Position numbers and translations under genes: made by a program. A model generated the notes under the pieces. It searched no databases, had not been told where the DNA came from, and worked only from the letters and a program-made list of their open reading frames with translations. DNA of 41,988 nucleotides from Catajapyx aquilonaris (lineage: Eukaryota): contig KZ539144.1 in the NCBI GenBank assembly GCA_000934665.2, forward strand, positions 1-41,988. The letters run 5' to 3'. Below are positions 37,401 to 41,988 of this stretch, piece after piece (the stretch's first letter is position 1; each line of letters begins with the position of its first letter).

Positions 37401-38123
37401 TTACTGAAAGTGCTTTCCAAACCACTTTATAAATTATCTTTCACTCACATTAGCCAGGTGCACTATGTCATCAAATTGTTGCCATAAAAAGCTGATTAAA
37501 ACTGCCTCGGAGAGAAACTTAGAGGTCGCGCTCTATTTATCTTTTGCTACAGAGTTTTTTTTCAGGTGTGATAATTTTGAGCCATTTTTGAGATTCGTGG
37601 TAGCAAGTTTCCTCTTAGGATATGCGCAGATTTTTTCCCCTCTTTGCGTTATAAATGAGTGGGAGTGTAATGCTGTGGAACAGAGCTTGACCGGTAAAAA
37701 TGAACCACCTCCATTAGCTGAATTAAATAATTTGTCATATCATAAGGCGGATGACAAACCCCGCCTATGGGTGGTACGAATACATAAAATAGGAGGAGTT
37801 AATGGGGGGAAATAAGAATTTTTAAATATGCACAGTGTACATGTAAATCTGAAAACTGTGGCAATAATGTGAACATTTAAAATTCAGCTTTAAATATGCA
37901 ATTTACATAATGTGGCGCTTACGCAAAAATTCAGTCTGGCCAACTTAACTGTAGGGAACCCTAACCTACCAGCCACAAAGTTACAAACATATCCACCCCC
38001 ACTGATGACAAAATGGGAAGATTTGACTAATTTGATGCTATACTTTACCAAAAGTCCGATTTTACATACACACTAATGAATATCACCTAATATATGCCAT
38101 GGTTGTATTTTTGTGTCTTGCAG

Positions 38124-38283
38124 GCTCGACTGTTGGCTCACAACATCAGTGCTGGAGTAATAATGACCAACCAGTCCTTGGTTCTGCAGAAGGTGAATCG
38201 TCAAAGCACCGGGAATTACACATGCGTCGGTCACAACACAGAAGGAGACGGAGAAAGCAACCCTTTCTACCTGGATGTCCTAT
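38124..38283 (+). CDS. Internal coding exon 5 of the Sidestep/nephrin-like gene; C-half of the Ig domain
   Basis: Acceptor tttttgtgtcttgcag|38124 and donor 38283|gtaagt; 160 nt, phase 0-1. Translates ARLLAHNISAGVIMTNQSLVLQKVNRQSTGNYTCVGHNTEGDGESNPFYLDVL (NQSLVLQ...GNYTC...NxEGDGES motif). Confidence 0.94.
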
Positions 38284-40330
38284 GTAAGTACTATCTGACT
38301 ATTCAATTTGTGCATTAAAGCTGCATCCTGTGGGGAATCATCTGACCCTGCTGAACTTGTCGACTTTGTAAACCCATGAAGGCTGACATATTTTGGAGCT
38401 GGAGCATTTTTTGTACATCTTGACCCCGTTGGTGGTGGAGCTATAAATACTGTCTGGTAATCTTTTGTCCTGTGAGAATGTGGGCTGGGGGCGTAGAGAA
38501 ATCCCACGGCCGTCCAAACGAAGAAAAATTGCAACTGACTGTGAAGCATTGGGGACTGGTAGCAATTGCTTTTAAGTTTATTAGCCGGGATTCACCTGTG
38601 CCTATAGACAAGCGGATTAACGTGGCAATCGGGAATGGAAGCAAGCAAGAAAAAAGGAAAAGGAAAAAACTTGGTCCCTCTTGTCTGTAGGGGACAGCGC
38701 AGTCCGCAGGGAGAGAAGAGGACTGGAAAAAGGGCCCCCCCAAAACCCTTTTACGATGATCCCTTGAACGCACGGATTGGTCGGATTGTTTGCAGTACTA
38801 ATGCTGAGTTTCGGGAATGACTGCTTTTTCGTTGCCTTTTTTTCTGAAGCCGTGATTTAACCTATCTAAATCACGAAAGGATCATGTACAAGTGGTTAGA
38901 CCTTATCACATATCTTGCAGGAATGTCATCCACTGCTATGAGTTTGTATAACCGAATCTGTAGACCAGACAGCTGTGTTAAATACAAAAAAGGTTCAAAA
39001 AAGCTACCCTATCTAAGTATATACTGTATACTGTACTACTTAAGGCAGATACCTCGCTAGCCACATGTGCGTGAGGAATATTTCCCAGGTGGGGGCATTC
39101 GCAGGATATATACGAAAGAATGAGTGTCCAAAATAATACTGTGTTTGGCAGATAGTACATTGAATATACAAATTACGTCGGACATAGGCCTATTGCATAA
39201 GTTATGTGATAGCCTATAAGCAAGCACTTAGCGAGTTTGCGTGATAGCAAGTAGCATGATCATGTTGTCAAATGGTACTCGATATAGCGTCTCTCATGGG
39301 CCTTAATACAATATGAAAATAATACATCGTCTAATCTTTTGCAAGCCTGTGGGAGGTGGAATATACGGCTCGGTTTCAGCCCTGTTATAAAGAACATTCG
39401 TCGAATAGGTGGAATATAAATACCCGCACCCAGACAGCATCCAAGTTCCGCGATTAATTATGCTGATCGAAATGAATAATTCAGTGCTGGATATGCGAGA
39501 AGAATGCGAACTCTTTGGATATGCGTTAGGATGTGCATTGGGATTTGCCAGTGACCCAGAGGCGAACCGAAATGAAACGTTGTCCGAGTCCTCTTGAAGT
39601 GGCACAGATAGGTATTCCAATAGGATTTCAATCACAGCTGTCAATACTACGATACATAGGCTGAACGAGGCCTTGGGGCGCACTATTTTTATGCAAGTCC
39701 CCTGCCAAACACATTTTCCCTTTTACAGTAAATGCAATGCGATGCCATTTGTGCTAGTGCGGCTCCATTCTCATGCATTTCACTTTATAACGAGGCGTGG
39801 TGATTATTTAAAACCGTAGTATTCATTAATAATGACGGCTATTATTATATTAGTTTCTGACGCTCCAATATTGTTGGAGAAAACTAATTAACCAGCAAAC
39901 CCTAGAAAGTTATTTTGGAACACCCTGTATAGCGAAGGGACGCTTTAGCGCATTTTGCTTCTAAAACCCGTTATGGCATCTTTAAAAAGGGCAGTCGGTC
40001 CAAACTAAGGTCAATAGAGACCAGAGGCTTAAAAAAGCAACCCCAGGGACCTGTTAACCACAAACTACATTTTAGCATGTCCCTAGAATGCATCAAGATC
40101 AACCCACTTTGAAGCACATAATGCAGTCGTAACCACAGTATTAAAGTGCCGAATTGCCTGATAAGTAATGTGAATTTCTCAGCATTAAGCATCCCGTTGC
40201 CTCTCCCCTCATAAATAGGCTTTTCTTACACCCCGTAAACTTGAAACCGGAAAGCAAAGGACGCTTTTATGGCAAATGCCTTGACATGTCACTAAAAGAA
40301 GGTACCAAGTGTTTCATCCTCTATTTCCAG

Positions 40331-40624
40331 ATGCACCAGCGTGCAAACCACAGCAGAGTCGAGTGCATGGCGTGGCCAAGCTGGAACACGCCAACATATC
40401 CTGCGAGGTTGAGGCCAACCCTTCAAACGTCACCTTCAGATGGACATTCAACAATTCAGCCGAAAGTACAGATATTGCAGATTCCCGCTTTCGAACCAAG
40501 GGCTCTAAGAGTATTGTCACTTACATACCGATGACTGAGATGGACTATGGAACACTGCTGTGTTGGAGCCATAATCTGATAGGATCACAGACGGTCCCAT
40601 GCGTCTTTCACATCATAGCTGCAG
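40331..40624 (+). CDS. Internal coding exon 6 of the Sidestep/nephrin-like gene; complete last Ig domain, before the expected FN3-like domain
   Basis: Acceptor ttcatcctctatttccag|40331 and donor 40624|gtaggt; 294 nt, phase 1-1. Translates YAPACKPQQSRVHGVAKLEHANISCEVEANPSNVTFRWTFNNSAESTDIADSRFRTKGSKSIVTYIPMTEMDYGTLLCWSHNLIGSQTVPCVFHIIAA(G). Confidence 0.95.
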
Positions 40625-41988
40625 GTAGGTGACATTGTTGCTTTTTTGAGGTTTTTCAAAACCCTCGCAGCTGAACGCGAGTAATTGGACAAATGACTTC
40701 GGTTGCCAGTGACATTACGCCCGTTTGAAAAGCGGATAATCAGGCGGATGTATCATACAGTCTGGTTGGGCATTTGGGCACAGACCATTTGAAAGGAATA
40801 CGCCAATAAATTAGGACGCGCCAATTTGTGTTCGCGTGCTATGAGTGATTTGCCAAATGGATATCAACCACTGCAGGTTGCGTTAGTAAGCTGCCTAAAT
40901 AACACCTGGCTAGTGTCTTATGATATGCAACATATTCAGGCGACACTGTGCTATGACTGGCTAAAAGTAGAAAATAAAGTATAGCAGTAAACTGACATTG
41001 TATTGTTTCAAACATATTCAAACATGGTGCAGTGACCTGTTCCACAAGCCTTATCTCCAAGAACATTTTCTCGTTAATTTCATGAAGCCAGACCAATGAG
41101 CAGAGAGACCAACTTCATCAGAACTGATCATTCTCTACACTCTCTTCATCCATTATAATAGTATGTCCATGTAGAGCAAGCGGCTCATCACATTCCGCTT
41201 TATATTCGCTCAGTGTTACACGTGTAATGGAAGAAAGGTTGAGCTCCCTCTCCCCCCACTCCCCCGCTTTTTTTTCTATTATAGCCCCAGTGAATGTCAC
41301 GGGGCTGGAAACTTTGCCAAATGCACTGCTTTCTAAAGCCTTGTCTGATCTCCTCAATTTCAAAGTCTACCCGAAACAATATAAAAAAGAGGACAGTGGC
41401 TCGAGGCTCTAAGAAAAAGACATTTCTGGAGTCACTCAAAGGCCTGTTTTTTTGGTAATAGTAACTGGCAGATCAAATTCCTAATCCTTTGTTGGTTCTT
41501 GGGTACACATATATATGCACAACATCCTATAGCCATGCTCCGAAATGAAGCTAGCGTCGCGCCTACCTCAAAGGTTATAATTCATGGGCGTGGCTTAGAA
41601 AATGAAAAGTCTAAGACATTCATGGTGCTATACTTGTATCTCTTCCCAGTCTCAAGGGAACAGTACTAGACTCAGTTAATGTTTCCTCGGAGACTAGAGC
41701 GGCCTTTGTGAATATCCTATGACCTCAGCAACTGACGTCCTAGGCACAAACTNATATCCTATGACCTCAGCAACTGACGTCCTAGGCACAAACTCTATTA
41801 AATATGGACCATTCTCAAAAAAAAGAAACTCAAACAAAAAGGCTTTCCTAGTATTTTGCTCCGCGTAATTAATGCCACTGAAACGACTTGGCCAGATGTA
41901 GAGTACCATCCATGTTGTTGCAGCTCAGGTATTTTCAGGCTTTATACCTGACGTAAGTATCACTAGAAGATTTTACATGATGTGGTAT

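Noticed and set aside
41712..41794. Exact 41-bp tandem duplication
   Set aside because: The two copies are separated by a single N (41753), the signature of an unmerged contig overlap. Most likely an assembly artefact.
40625..41988. Next (FN3-like) exon of the host gene
   Set aside because: No phase-1 acceptor followed by the expected xPDPxxNC-type sequence was found; the exon presumably lies beyond the window.

Overview
This is eukaryotic, arthropod-type (probably insect) genomic DNA from a short-read draft assembly, with N-gaps beside poly-G/C runs. The whole window lies inside one large plus-strand gene. Six internal coding exons (2619-2822, 17415-17566, 28430-28574, 33259-33389, 38124-38283, 40331-40624; 1086 nt) have canonical GT-AG sites and matching phases. 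They splice into one open frame encoding consecutive Ig domains of a Sidestep/nephrin-like IgSF adhesion protein, whose start and end lie outside the window. About 97% of the window is intron, packed with non-autonomous DNA transposons and MITEs (Tc1/mariner-pogo types with TA TSDs, and an 8-bp-TSD hAT/P-like MITE whose internal 10-mer has expanded into a minisatellite). The introns also hold a tRNA-derived SINE with a 15-bp TSD, a probable Helentron-associated element, several palindromes/foldbacks, and a possible decayed antisense coding tract. Nearly all ORFs in the supplied track are spurious. I see no evidence of a prokaryotic-type or clearly novel biological system. The most unusual observations concern repeat architecture.
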